The notes under the pieces: model-generated
What the model was told of the DNA's origin: nothing
The model's input: only the letters and a program-made list of their open reading frames with translations
Database searches by the model: none
Part shown: one piece after another, positions 24,335 through 37,527 of the stretch
Layout of the letters: each line of letters opens with the position of its first letter
Position numbering within the stretch: position 1 is the stretch's first letter
DNA from: Eledone cirrhosa
Taxonomy: Eukaryota
Reading direction: 5' to 3'
Assembly: GCA_964016885.1 (NCBI GenBank)
Contig: OZ024741.1
Coordinates: forward strand, 320,974,001-321,038,000
Length of the DNA: 64,000 nt
Position numbers and translations under genes: made by a program

Positions 24335-27300
24335 TTAATTGTAAGTTGTGATGTTGCTGTTCCACTCATATTTTCTATTTAATTTTGGTTGTAATTCTTT
24401 TATGCTTACTGCCTCTGTAATTTGCCTAAACATTGCATCTTTTCTGTGTGTGGATTCTATTTTTATTTCTATGTTCTCTAATTTACCCTTGTGTTCTATC
24501 TTAGCATGTTGGTAGAGTACAGATGATTCTTTATTATCTTGAAGGTCTCGCCAGTGTTCATTTATTCGTTCCCCTATACTACGAGCTGTCTCACCTATGT
24601 ACACTATATTTTTGTTTCTACATTGTCCTTCAGTACATCTTATGCTATACACTACATTTCTAGTTTTACAGTTAATATGGGGGCTTATTTTACAGGTTAT
24701 ACATTTCTTATCTATACATGAGGGTCTTTGGAACGGGTATGTCTTGCTAATAAGTGTTTTTACGGAGGTACCTGGTCTTTCTACTATCTTAATATTGAGT
24801 TTATGTTTATTTAGGGCCCTTCTAAATTTGTAGGCTAGTTCGCCTCTAGGGGTTGTATTGATGAACATTACACTCTGGTATTTATTGCTATCATACCATG
24901 AGTTTATTCTATTGGCCTTGTTCCTAGTTCTTTCTATTCTATTCCAAAATTTGCTCCTATACAAGGGGCAGGTCCCATTTATGTCATTATTTACCATTTT
25001 TTCCCATTTGGTTCTGGCTTCTCTATACACTCTGATTCTATCTCTCTGATTGTAGCCAGAGAACTGCATACGGTGGATGAAGTGTTGTATGTGTCTCTCT
25101 AGTTCTTCGGGGTTGCACATGCGGGACACATTTCTCATCACCCGTACCAAATCCGCAATCAGTATGTTGATTTTGGTATGGTCCGAAATGGCCGAGTTTC
25201 GGTGGATCAGATGTTTGGAAGTCATGGGTTTGGCATAATGGGAATGAAGGATTTGTTTTGGTTGTTAATGGTATCTAACCAGAGCTCTGTGTCTAGTACA
25301 GGTAATCGATGGTTGGGGTGTCTACTTGGGTAGTCTATAGTAACTCTAATGCTCTGGTGGATGGAGTTTGCTATTTGCTGGATGCTTTCCATTGTGTTTT
25401 TCTCTAGTTCCTGACTGTTCTTTAGTGGGGGTGTCTTAACTACGATGTTTATATCATCTACGTAGCGGGAGTACATTATCAGGGTTAAGCTGTCTTCTAA
25501 TTGTTCTTTAAGTTTTTGTTTAAGTCTACTGTCCCACCATACCATGAATAAGTTAGCTATGTCGCCTGCAATGCTAACACCAATGGCTGCTCCTTCCTCT
25601 TGGCCATATGTTTTTCCATTAAATTTGAACATATGTTCCTTAAGGGTTAATTTTATGCTGGCCCCTACCGCATGTGCAATCATTTTCTTCAGTTCATCGT
25701 GGTTTTCGGGTGTCCGTATGGCTCTGGTCCACCCGTTCCATCTATCTGTGTGGGTTTTCTTGGCCATTGAGGTAATGGTAGGTGGTCTGCCTCTTGCTGG
25801 TCTTGTAGGGCACAGGTTGCTAAGGTCATAAGTGTCTAGGTAACTATTACTATGGGTAAGCTTAAGTAGAAGTCCCAGCTCACTGGTATCAATCCCACGG
25901 AACTCAACCTTGCTCTCGCTGATCATTTCTACGCATTTCTCCACAGCAAAATCCACGTCAATAGATGGATACAGGGACACAACATCCATACTGCCTATTA
26001 TGCAGTTTGTTAGGTCCCCAGATCGGTTACTCACGCCGATTCTGCTGAGGAGGTCCTCCGTGCTGTCACATGCATCTGGGGACATCTCAATGATGGGGCG
26101 TATGATCAGGGAGAAGAAGTAGGACAGTCTGTAGTTACTAGCAATGTTAGTTCCACAGACTGGCCGTGTTGGTGGTCCCGCGACAGGGTCACAGCCCGTT
26201 TTATGTTCTTTTCGAAGCCCATACAACGCCGGCACGTCATTGTTCCAGGCCTGGAAATTGTTGGCAGTCCTTTTGTTGGGCTGCATTATATTCGTCCACA
26301 TCACCATATGGGCATTGAGGGCTTTTTCTCTATCCTCATGCTCCTGTGGTGTTACCTCTCTTGTGTTAGTGATGTGGGGTTGCATTGCCTGGATGTAGTT
26401 TGGCAGGCTGTCAACCGACATTCTGCCAGACTTGTCTGTTGGAAAGCATGCTATCTCTCCGCGAGCGCTGCATGAGCTTACGCAAGCCATTTGCAGATTT
26501 TTCTCCCAGTTGCTGGGCCTCTATTCTATTATGCTTCTTGCTATACTATTCTATAATATTTCTAAGTTCGGATTTAGCTATACTAAATTGTGCTTCTGTT
26601 TGTTCATCGACCTGCGACGGCAACTGCGTGCGTTTGTTAAATGGTAAAGTCGTGGCGTGGACTCGTCGCAGGTCGAATGATTTATCGGAGGGATTATAAA
26701 ACGGAGAGTTCCAGGCTGCTGCTTTATGTGTACTAGTGCTATTGTTATTGTTAGTTGTGTTGTTTCTATTTCTATTTCCACCAACAGCCTCATGGTTGTT
26801 TCTATGTCTCTCATAATTACTCCTGTCTCTTTCCACTGGCTCAATGTTGTTATCTACCCTATTTTGTGTGTCTGTGTGTTCGTCTTGGTTATTCTCTTTG
26901 TTCTTAGTCTCCCATCTCCTTTTCCTTTTAATCTTATTACTTTCCCTTATTTCTCTGATTTCTGTGCTACTGTCATTACTTGTTTTCTGTGTCTGTGTGT
27001 TTGTTAAGATTGTGGTGGTGGTGAGAGGCATTGAATGCGTGTGTGTTGTTGTTGTTGATGTGTGCTGTTGTTGATGTGTGCTGTTGTTGTCTCCGTGTGT
27101 GTTATCGTTGTTGTGTGTGTTGTTATTGTTGTTTGTGTCTGCGTGTCTGTTGTTGTTGTTTCTGGGTATGTTGCTATTGTTGTTGTTGATGTGTGTGTTG
27201 TTGTTATTGTTGTTTGTGTCTGTGTGTCTGTTGTTGTTGGGATGTGTGTTGTATATGTGTGTGCGTATATTGTTGCTTTTGTTTTTGATGCTCCAGCGTA

Positions 27301-27868
27301 GTTTTGTAAATGCTTTTTCTATTTCAGACAGACAACTAATCATATTTACCTTCTTGAATGTCGCAAATTCCGGCGGCAGACATAACACAGACATTTCATC
27401 ATTATCTATTTTTGCGTTCCCACAAATGTTGGTGTTTTTGTTGTCGAACTCTTCTGATAATGAGGTATCGGCCATTTTGATACCGTCAATTTTGTCGGGA
27501 TATCTATTGGTATACTCTATAGTATCCTGATTTAGCTTTGCCTGTTTAAGCCACTTTAGTTTCCTGTTAAAGTGCTTATCACATTCTTGAGTAATGTACT
27601 GTTCTTCGGGGCGTATAAGGCTTATAAATATTAGTTTCTCTGTTGGTGTGGTGATTCTAGCTATTTCTTGTATTAGGTTACGCTTTTGTTTTTCTTGATG
27701 ATTTAATTCTCTATAGATCTTCTTTTTTATGTTTAGAATTAAAGTTCGTTTTAGCCTATCTGCTTGTTTTTTGGTGAGTTGTAATCTTCTAACGTCGGTA
27801 TTGATGGCGCACAGCTTTATGAAGGATAGTTGTCGAGATGTTATGGTTTTTCGTAGACAACAGAACAT
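24335..27868 (-). pseudogene. PLE polyprotein (N-terminus, RT, Zn-finger linker, GIY-YIG), frameshifted
   Basis: RPVCG, GSMDVVSLYPSID, GAAIG, YSRYVDD, LPVLD; then CxxC..NCKTRNVVYSIRC..YIGETARSIGERINEH. Confidence 0.9.
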
Positions 27869-27880
27869 GGGACCTGCCCC

Positions 27881-28510
27881 TTGTATAGGAGCAAATTTTG
27901 GAATAGAATAGAAAGAACTAGGAACAAGGCCAATAGAATAAACTCATGGTACGATAGCAATAAATACCAGAGTGTAATGTTCATCAATACAACCCCTAGA
28001 GGCGAACTAGCCTACAAATTTAGAAGGGCCCTAAATAAACATAAACTCAATATTAAGATAGTAGAAAGACCAGGTACCTCCGTAAAAACACTTATTAGCA
28101 AGACATACCCGTTCCAAAGACCCTCATGTATAGATAAGAAATGTATAACCTGTAAAATAATCCCCCATATTAACTGTAAAACTAGAAATGTAGTGCATAG
28201 CATAAGATGTACTGAAGGAAAATGTAGAAACAAAAATATAGTGTACATAGGTGAGACAGCTCGTAGTATAGGGGAACTAATAAATGAACACTGGCGAGAC
28301 CTTCAAGATAATAAAGAATCATCTGTACTCTACCAACATGCTAAGATAGAACACAAGGGTAAATTAGAGAACATAGAAATAAAAATAGAATCCACACACA
28401 GAAAAGATGCAATGTTTAGGCAAATTACAGAGGCAGTAAGCATAAAAGAATTACAACCAAAATTAAATAGAAAATATGAGTGGAACAGCAACATCACAAC
28501 TTACAATTAA
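27881..28510 (+). pseudogene. Inverted duplicate of the PLE GIY-YIG domain
   Basis: Near-identical to the C-terminal part of ORF 24335..25225. Confidence 0.9.
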
Positions 28511-28714
28511 GGACAAAATGAAAACACACACACACATAGAACAAACAACCAACCAACAACATGTAAATAAATAAACAAATAGATAAATGAACACAAACAC
28601 ACACAGACACCCGGATGTGGCGCATGCGCAAACTGAGCACACAACACACACACAGAAACAAAATGGCGTAGGACAGAAGAAAGGAAAGGCACAGAAACAG
28701 AGAAAGGAATCCCC

Positions 28715-28759
28715 AGTCACTGAAGAGGTCACAGAGTGTGTGACGAAAGGACTATAACT
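28715..28759 (+). ncRNA. Minimal type I HHR (family I, inverted copy, one stem I mismatch)
   Basis: AGTCA-CTGAAGA...GAAA-GGAC-TA-TAACT. Confidence 0.65.
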
Positions 28760-29104
28760 ATATATAAACAACTATCTGGTTGTGGAACCAACCAACCAAC
28801 CAGAAATTTATAAGTTTGTAGATTTGTAAATTTATAAATTTATAAATATATAATAAATTGAAGTGAAAGCAACTGGTGCGTGTGTTTCTTATTGGCAACA
28901 TGACCCTCCCAAAGTATAACAATATCGGTTTCAACACACGATTTCAGATAAAGAATCTTGCTAAACAAATTCAGAAACGAAATATATATATATAGTAATA
29001 ATAATAAATTTGAAGACTAAAATCCAAAGAGGGCTCGATAAGGATAAATATATATCAAAGATATAAGAACCGTAGAGCAAATATTTATTAAAATAACAGA
29101 TTAA

Positions 29105-29155
29105 AGTTTAAGCAAAAAATCGCTGCTTTCACCCTTAACGGGATCTTCTGAAACT
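29105..29155 (-). ncRNA. HHR-like motif with CAGAAGA core (family C)
   Basis: Same fold as 9217-9267. Confidence 0.55.
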
Positions 29156-29699
29156 AACAAAGTCAATCTGTAAACGCAGAAGTGGAAATTTCAAAAAACG
29201 TCGCAACCGGAGGAAGACAGGAAGACGATACTTTGGTTCGTGGAAACGTTCCCTGGCAAAGAACGGGAAAAAACGAATATAATACGTCATTAATAGGAGC
29301 GGTGAAAAACAATTACGCGCAAAGACAGAACCACGTTTATGGTATAAAAGAGGTCGTAGACAAATGTTCTCTTAGGTGGTTCATAGAGACGTTCTCTGGC
29401 AATGAACGAAAAAAACGAAGATAATACGTCATATATGGAGTGTGGAGAACAATTGCACGCAAAGATAAAACCACGTAAATGGTATAGCAGAAGTCGTAGA
29501 CTAAAATTCTAACTAAGAGACCGAATGAATCTCCGCTTCAGAGTTAAGAACAAAGTAAATAAATACAATACAGAGGTAATAGAAATTAAATAAATACATA
29601 CACGCATACAAATAAGTACATACACAAGCATACGCGAAAACACCATAGGTATACAAAACCACGCACATATAAATATGTGTGTGTATGCGTGTATACAAA

Positions 29700-29730
<31 letters not shown>

Positions 29731-31847
29731 ACGTATATAAATAAATAAATACGTATATAACAAGCGCACACACATACCTACATGTAAAACACAAATGTTC
29801 GGAGACGTAAGTCAACCAAAACATGAAGTACACATATACACATACCCTACATACGTACGAACCTGCATACTCACACAGACGCAAAACTCCCGTATACACA
29901 TAACCAAACCATATGTACCAGAATGTATAAAAATATACGCCATAACATATACAATCAAATATACGTACGAGAAGGTATACGTACCTTCACAAAACATACA
30001 GGTAATATATACTTACCTATGCAAATAAGTAATGGTATAAACAAAACATATACTTAGCTACCACATCAAGACGTAAAATATTCACGTATAGATCGTACTA
30101 TCCGTTAGGGTATAACGTGGGGCTGTAATACAGGAAAGTTTTGTGCAATTTATGTTTACAAGCCGAAATTGCCTCAGATTTTTGTTTAAGATGTGGTCTG
30201 TGGCGTAGAGTATTTCCAGGGCCTCAGCGGCGCAGAGGTCACAAGGTCTTTTATTTCCGTTATACGATCTAGCCCTAGCTAGGATCTCCCAGTGTAACTT
30301 ATATTGGGTGTGGTTGTCTTTTAGACTCCAGATATAAGCTGAAAGTGACGTCATATTCCTTCTTAGAGGGTAACGAAAAGAATGGGTATGCATGTAAAGA
30401 CGCTGCTTGAATCTATTGGCGGTTAACCCTATGTAGGCCCTACGGGACGTGGGTGTTTCAACCTTACATTTGTAGACAATGTTACTAGAGAGGCATTTCC
30501 CGGATAGGGGGCAATCAACCCGATTCCTACAATTACAGTTAGTACTAACTACGGGGTTGCACGTGTTCCTACGGCTAGGTAGTTGAGCTAAATTTGAAGC
30601 TGTGATGTTATGTGCAAGGTTAGGTAGGAGTCGTAGAGTAAGAAATTTTAATAGTATTTCTATTAAAAATTTAACTATATTTATGTGTAGGGGGAAAATA
30701 CTTCGTAATAAGGGAAAGAAAGATCTTAGCTAATGGTGTGGCCACCTCCATATTATATGCTGGGTTATACCAACAAATGCGACGGGATCTATTTATTCTA
30801 GGTCTATTTTCGTACTCTGTATATGTTACCTTATCGACAAATCCACTTCGAGCCAGAGCTTCATTGTAATAAGTGGAATGGTCGTTGAAAATATGCTCGT
30901 TAGTAGATAGATGGGAAAGCCTCAAAGAAACGTTTCTTACCAGGTTCTTGATTATGCTGGCAGGATGGTTGGAATGCTTACTTATGTAATTAAGCGTATC
31001 ATTCGGCTTTCTATACGGGTAATACAACCCATTCAATAAATTGAGGGTAACGTCGAGGTAATTAACGACCGAGAGATTGGCCTCAACCTGTATAGAGAGG
31101 TTGAAGCCTTTAAAGAAGGCTGTGAGTTCTTTTCTGAATCTGTCTCAAGCACGAGGTCCGCACTTAGTCATGGTCAAAAGACCATCATCACGGTTCAAAC
31201 CACCGCCCGCGTTGGGTAATTCGTCCTTGATAGAGAAAAGAAGGAAAAGGCCGATCAGATCAGTAACCTCCGCAGAATCGCAGGCGCCCATACTCACGTC
31301 GAATGGGGTACTATTGGATTTTTTAATCCAAATAGAGTCGTCGAAATTAATCACCGACTTACGGGCATTGAGGATGACATCAACTTCGAAATCCTTAACC
31401 ACTGTGAGTGTTTTAGCGAAATTGATAGCTCTAAGGAGAAGTGGTAAAGTGATGGAGGAGTAGTAATTGTTGATGTCGAATTGGATAAAACAGCAATGTT
31501 CCTTGTTACATATGCCGTTGAAGCAATCAATCACCGCGAAAGAATTGTTCCACAGTGCAAGAGGGGCCAAACTTCTAATTTCAGGTATAATTCTATCAAG
31601 AAATGTTTTACTAAGTCTACCTAAATCGGACTTCGTAGGGTTAATAAGCCGAATAGAGGGGTTGTTCGGAAAATTGGATTTGTGATCCTTCAGGGTAAAG
31701 TGGGGAGAAGTAGGGTCCAGAGGTTCGGTCCGGTCCAGGATGTTGAGATCAGATGTGATTTTAAACCCAGCATCGTTGATTTCATTGATGACGCACCGAT
31801 TAGTTTTACGGTAATCCTTAGTTACAGCATTATGTAGTAGTTGATGT

Positions 31848-32052
31848 AGGGCGGTGGATTGGCAGGGCGGTGGATTGGCAGTATCGGTAGAGGGTCGGAC
31901 GCCATGCTTTCCAGCATAGTTACGTCCCTTTACGATCTGAGTTCAAATCCCGCCGAGGTTGACTTTGCCTTTCATCCTTACGGGGTCGATAAAATAAAGT
32001 ACCAGTAATGCACTGGGTAATTGCTGGCCTTGTGCCAAAAGTAGAAACAATT
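31848..32052 (+). mobile_element. Full-length tRNA-derived SINE inserted in the PLE ORF, with 18-bp TSD
   Basis: A-box-like tggcagtatcggtagagg and B box gagttcaaatccc. TSD attatgtagtagttgatg at 31829-31846 and 32050-32067. Central core resembles the Meta-type SINE domain (from memory). Confidence 0.9.
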
Positions 32053-32769
32053 ATGTAGTAGTTGATGGTAAGTACTGCGCTCCACTTGATATAGGTTGCC
32101 AGTTTTGTCGGAATGGACGTGCACGGCATTAGAATCCTTAATAGAACGAATGCTATTCTTCAGGTCCTGCTGGAAGGAATTGCTCCTATTCCGAAATTTG
32201 ATACTCCGTATGAGTTCCAAGACATCATTTTCGAAGGGTAGCAATGCTGGATTACACGGGGGGTTATTATAGGTTTTAAACCCAAAGTTGTCTGCTTTTC
32301 GCGGATTATCGAAATAAAAGGCACGCCAACGCAACCTTTTATGCATACATACATACATATAGACAGACAGACTGACATACATACATACATACATACATAC
32401 ATACATACATACATACATACATACATACATACATACATACATACATACATACATACATACATACGTATTCACCGTGTTACAGAAACTGCACTTGGGGAAA
32501 TTGTAAAGTACGACAACTAATATACTCTGTGCTTCAACCCTTACGGATTATCGGACAATTTTTCACAATCTAATACTACGCTTTCTTCATAGACAAAAAT
32601 GGTTGTCGGTGTTCTAACTGAGATCAAATCATAGTTAAAAGTATGGGGGTGATTAATTATCACTAACGATGTATAGAGATATAGGGATTCTGAGGTAGAT
32701 GTGACGTGATCCCAGCTTAGAATACCCACTGCAAGGCTTATGTGTATTTATTACAGCATATTACATATG

Positions 32770-32806
<37 letters not shown>

Positions 32807-32810
<4 letters not shown>

Positions 32811-33325
32811 TGGTTGAATTTTACTTGTTCTGCTTATCTTAATATTAATGTTCTGGTATATCAAATTATTACCATTGAACAACCTTGAATCATAGACAAC
32901 CTATGTATTTCTAAGGGTACTTAGTATCTTTGGACATATTAACTTCATTCATTATACTCCGTTATGTAGAGAACAAATCTGTTGTTCTATTTAGCTGCTA
33001 TTTTTTTTTAGTAGTAATTATAGACAACAAGTCTATGGTTTTCCCGCTTTTACTTCGGTCCAGTTTACATACGGGTCACTTTTACGACCTTTCAGACCTG
33101 TATTAGCTGGCAGGAGGTCATATATTTTATCGTTCCTGGGTCGTTTAGCCCTAGGAAAGGAAAATGCTTCTCTGATGAGCTTTGGTTTTCCATCAGAAAT
33201 CCGTTGGATTCTGGGGTTTTACAAAGCGAAACTGATCAGTAAGGGCCATTAGAAGAGGTAAATGTTTATATTATATTTTTTAATTTATTTTGAAAAATTG
33301 GTTGAATTTTACTTGTTCTGCTTAT

Positions 33326-33328
<3 letters not shown>
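32807..33328 (+). mobile_element. Retrozyme-like 488-nt HHR unit with 34-nt terminal redundancy (family J)
   Basis: aaattggttgaattttacttgttctgcttatctt at 32807-32840 and 33295-33328, with (TA)n on both sides. Confidence 0.75.
33164..33249 (+). ncRNA. Type I HHR (family J)
   Basis: ATGCTTCT-CTGATGA-GCTTTG..hairpin..CAAAGC-GAAA-CTGATCAG-TA-AGGGCCAT. Palindromic stem III ACTGATCAGT. Confidence 0.8.
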
Positions 33329-33403
<75 letters not shown>

Positions 33404-33410
<7 letters not shown>

Positions 33411-33750
33411 TATGCGTGCGTACATACGTATATGTATACAGACGTACAGTAGTATGTATATACATACATACTTGCACACATATATATATGTACGTATGGG
33501 TTTACCGAACATTTATTATAATGTTCGGGTTGTTTGTGAACAAACAGCCCGAATTAAGCCGTACAGTTCATCGTTCCTTTGTCAGTGTTGAACAAAAGGG
33601 CAACGATTGTTGCCGAACATTACAATAAACCGAACATTATAATAAATGTTCGGTAAACCCATACGTACATATATATATGTGTACATGTATGTATATACAT
33701 ACTACTGTACGCCTGTATACATATATGTATGTACGTATACATACTTATAT
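33404..33750. repeat. Fold-back or MITE-like inverted repeat (about 120-bp arms)
   Basis: ...catatatatatgtacgtatgggtttaccgaacatttattataatgttcgg (to about 33529) mirrors ccgaacattataataaatgttcggtaaacccatacgtacatatatatatg... (from 33630). Confidence 0.8.
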
Positions 33751-33825
33751 TTAAGTATCAGCCGTACTAATAGTGAGAAATGAAATTTCATTTTTTCTGT
33801 TTATATATATATACATATATATATG

Positions 33826-34024
<199 letters not shown>

Positions 34025-34100
34025 TTATATATATGTGTGTGTGTGACAGAGAGAGAGTGTGTATGTGTGTGTGAGTGTATGTGCATGTGTGTGTGTGCCT

Positions 34101-34132
<32 letters not shown>

Positions 34133-34224
34133 TGAGACAGTAAGTTAAGCGCCAAGGCCTTTGTAATTCTGTCTGAAACTAGCTGTTGAAACGGCAAGAG
34201 CTTAGCCGATAGGATCCTGACTCA

Positions 34225-34275
<51 letters not shown>

Positions 34276-34310
34276 GAAGAAATTAAAAGATGGTTAAAAA
34301 AAGTTCCAAA

Positions 34311-34380
34311 TATTTTATTATGCGCATTTCGAAAACAACATCATCCTGGGACAAAAATTGTGTCCTCATCAGATAAAATA
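34311..34380 (-). ncRNA. Type I HHR (family D)
   Basis: TATTTTAT-CTGATGA-ggacac..tgttttc-GAAA-TGCGCA-TA-ATAAAATA. Confidence 0.8.
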
Positions 34381-35950
34381 AGGTAACATGATATGAGGCC
34401 TAAAAACACTTGTCAACAGGGAAGTGTCCAGTCTACATATGACAAAAATATAAGAGTAAGAGAAAAATAGGAAAAATGAAGAAAAGGAAAGAAGAAGGAA
34501 AAATGAAAACGAAATAAAAGAGAGAAAAAAGAAAGAAAGAAGAAGGAGAGAGAAAGAGAAAGAGGGAGAGACTTTTGATCAGGAACTCTGTCAAAATGAA
34601 AAACAGCTGTAAATAACGGCTAAGAAAAAAAAGATTGATGAGGTGTATGTGCGAATATTACAGATGGTATTCAAATATTAGAGGTCAGGAATATAGAAAC
34701 TGGGTATAATATTATATTGGGTTTAAATACTAAAAATTGGATTAAGAAGTGTAAAAATGTATTAATAAAATAAAATAAAATAAATTTAAATTAAATTAAA
34801 ATAATTATAAAAAAAGGTTTTTCAAATAAAATAAAATAAAATAACATAAAATAAGATAGAATAGTATTAAAAAATAAAAATAAGAATAGTCTATCTATAT
34901 CAAAATTAAAAATTAGTATTAGAAATCTATATATGTGGTGTACTATTTAATTATTATTTTATATCAACAAGTAAATAAAGGAAATTGCAGAAAGGTTTAT
35001 AAACGTAGAAAGACATATGACGTCATAGTTTGTTTACAAAATCTACGAAGGTTTGCACGAAAATGTAAGGCTATAGAGAAAAAAGGTGAAAGGCTTAAAA
35101 TATGCTGAGAAAACTGAATTAATACATTGTAGAATATAATGAAATATGTGTGAAAAAATGTGTGGAAAATATATATATGTGTAAAAAATTAACCGTTATT
35201 CATGGAATATGTTATAGAACATTATCTATATACTTTGTGAAAGGTCTTGAAAGATTTATGATTACAAAGAGCAAATAAATATGTACGTCTATTTATTAAA
35301 GAGTTGAAATTCGAAATAATGGTAAATTTTTCAGCTAGACATAAATTACAAACCCTAGATATGGAAGCATTGGAGTATGGAGAAGCGTTGCAAATTTTAC
35401 GCAAGAAATTTCGTAATTACCGGCCTATATTACCCATACAATAAGGATAATGAGAACCTAAATTACGTTAACTTTAAATCAAACCACCCTAATAATGTTA
35501 AAAATGCTATAGTCAGAAGTGTTGAAAAAAGAATTTCTAATTTATCCTTTAATAAAGATATCTTCGATGCTAATGCCAACTATTATAATAACGCGTTATC
35601 TAGGGCTAGATATCCAGGCAAAATTAGATACACTAAGGAAATTAATCTTGGCAGAACTTATAGTAATGTAGCTAGTAATAATCATACCAGTAACAAAAGG
35701 AGGAGACCTAGATATAAAAATATCCTTTGGTACAACGCTCCCTTCTCTCTTTCCTTTATTAATAATATCCCTAAATTATTTTTTCGGGCTTTAGATAACA
35801 GCTTCCCCCTTCACATATATAAAGCAAGATTTTCAATAAGCATACCATTAAATTCTCATATTCCACTACTTCCAACATTTCTAAAATTATCTCAAGACAT
35901 AATTCTAAAATAGTAAATAATAACTCATATGCATCCAACCATGAGAGTCA

Positions 35951-36100
35951 TAATAATTGTTTCTACTTTTGGCACAAGGCCAGCAATTACCCAGTGCATC
36001 ACTGGTACTTTATTTTATCGACCCCGTAAGGATGAAAGGCAAAGTTAACTTCGGCGGGATTTGAACTCAGAATGGCAAGGGCCGTAACTATATGCGTCAA
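35951..36100 (-). mobile_element. tRNA-derived SINE inserted in the PLE
   Basis: Same core and tail as 31848-32052. Confidence 0.85.
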
Positions 36101-37314
36101 CAGTATAAGACTCGACGTCAATGTAAACTCTAGGCAAAATAACACAAATATAAATACGACGTCAAACGTAACTTTGTGGAGTGCTTCAAATAGTAATGTA
36201 AATCAGGTAACCTTAGCACCTCCTTTAGCTAATTCCACCACTCCAGTTCCTAATATAATTAACCCTGGGCCACTTGCAAATAACTCTGTTAATAATCTTA
36301 ATCGTAAATGCAACTGCCCTATTAGAACTAATTGACCTCTTAGTAATTTCTGTCTCGATAAAAACCTAGTATACGAATGTAAAGTGGTAACTAGTACCAA
36401 TACTTATACCTACATTGGCTCTACTTCTACCTCTTTTAAAGCAAGACTCTATAATCATTCTTCTACATTTAAATATCCACTTAAAAGGACCAGCACCGCA
36501 CTCTCAGAACTTATTTGGTCCTTAAAAGACAAAAACATTAATTACGAAATTTCTTCCGTAAAATTTGCAACGCTTCTCCATACTCCAATGCTTCCATATC
36601 TAGTTTTGTAATTTATGTCTAGCTGAAAAATTTACCATTATTTCGAATTTCAACTCTTTAATAAATAGACGTACAGATTTATTTGCTCTTTGTAATCATA
36701 AATCTTTCAAGACCTTTCACAAAGTATATAGCTAATGTCCTATAACATATTCCACGAATAACGGTTAATTTTTACACATATATATTTTTCCACACATTTT
36801 TTCACACATATTTCATTATATTCTACAATGTATTAATTCAGTTTTCTCAGCATATTTTAATCATTTCACCTTTTTTCTCTATACCCTTAAATTTTCGTTC
36901 AAACCATCGTAGATTTTGTAAACAAACTATGACGTCATATGTCTTTCTACGTTTTTAAACCTTTCTAGCAATTTTCTTTATTTACTTGTTGATATAAAAT
37001 AATAATTAAATAGTATACCCCACATATATAGATTTTTAATAGTAATTTTTAATTTTGATATAGATAGACTATTCTTATTTTTATTTTTTTATTCTATTCT
37101 ATCTTATTTTGTTTTATTTTATTAATACATTTTACACTTTTTAATCCAATTTTTAGTATTTAAACCCAATATAAAAATATACCCAGTTTCTATATTCTAA
37201 ACCTCTAATATATGAAAACCATCTATAATATTCGCACATACACCTCATCAATTTTTTTTTTTTTTTTAGCCGTTATTTACAGCTGTTTTTCATTTTGACA
37301 GAGTTCCTGATCAA

Positions 37315-37362
<48 letters not shown>

Positions 37363-37527
37363 TTCTCTCCTCCTTCTTTCTTTCTTTTTCCTCTCTTCTA
37401 TTTCTTTTTCCTTCTTCTTTCCTTTTCTTCGTTTTTCGTATTTTTCTCTTACTCTTATATTTTTGTCATTTGTAGATTGGACACTTTCCTGTTCACAAGT
37501 GCTTTTAGGCCTCATATCATGTTACCT

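Larger units (their letters stand above)
23920..28983 (-). mobile_element. Penelope-like element (RT + GIY-YIG) with 1.06-kb inverted terminal duplication
   Basis: ORF pieces 26546-27868, 25222-26490 and 24335-25225. 23920-24978 is the reverse complement of 27867-28925. (TA)n flanks. Confidence 0.92.
28993..32345 (-). mobile_element. Naiad-like Penelope element, 5'-truncated and decayed; its 3' terminus appears to be repeat family C
   Basis: KRLRWRAFYF..FGFKT, FIQFDINNYYSSI, FDVSMGACDSAEVTDLIG, GLNRDDGL, YYPYRKPN..HSNHP, CNCRNRVDCPLSGKC..VYKCKV..YIG, CDLC..E. The 3' region runs into the family C repeat ending at (TA)n. Confidence 0.85.

Noticed and set aside
29245-29510. About 143-bp tandem repeat considered as a CRISPR-like array
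   Set aside because: Two diverged long units inside a PLE terminus with no repeat-spacer structure, in eukaryotic DNA.
29507-29550. Minus-strand TTCTTAACT-CTGAAGC...TT-AGTTAGAA in the PLE 3' region
   Set aside because: Stem I is present but GAAA is missing; at best a decayed HHR, so not counted.
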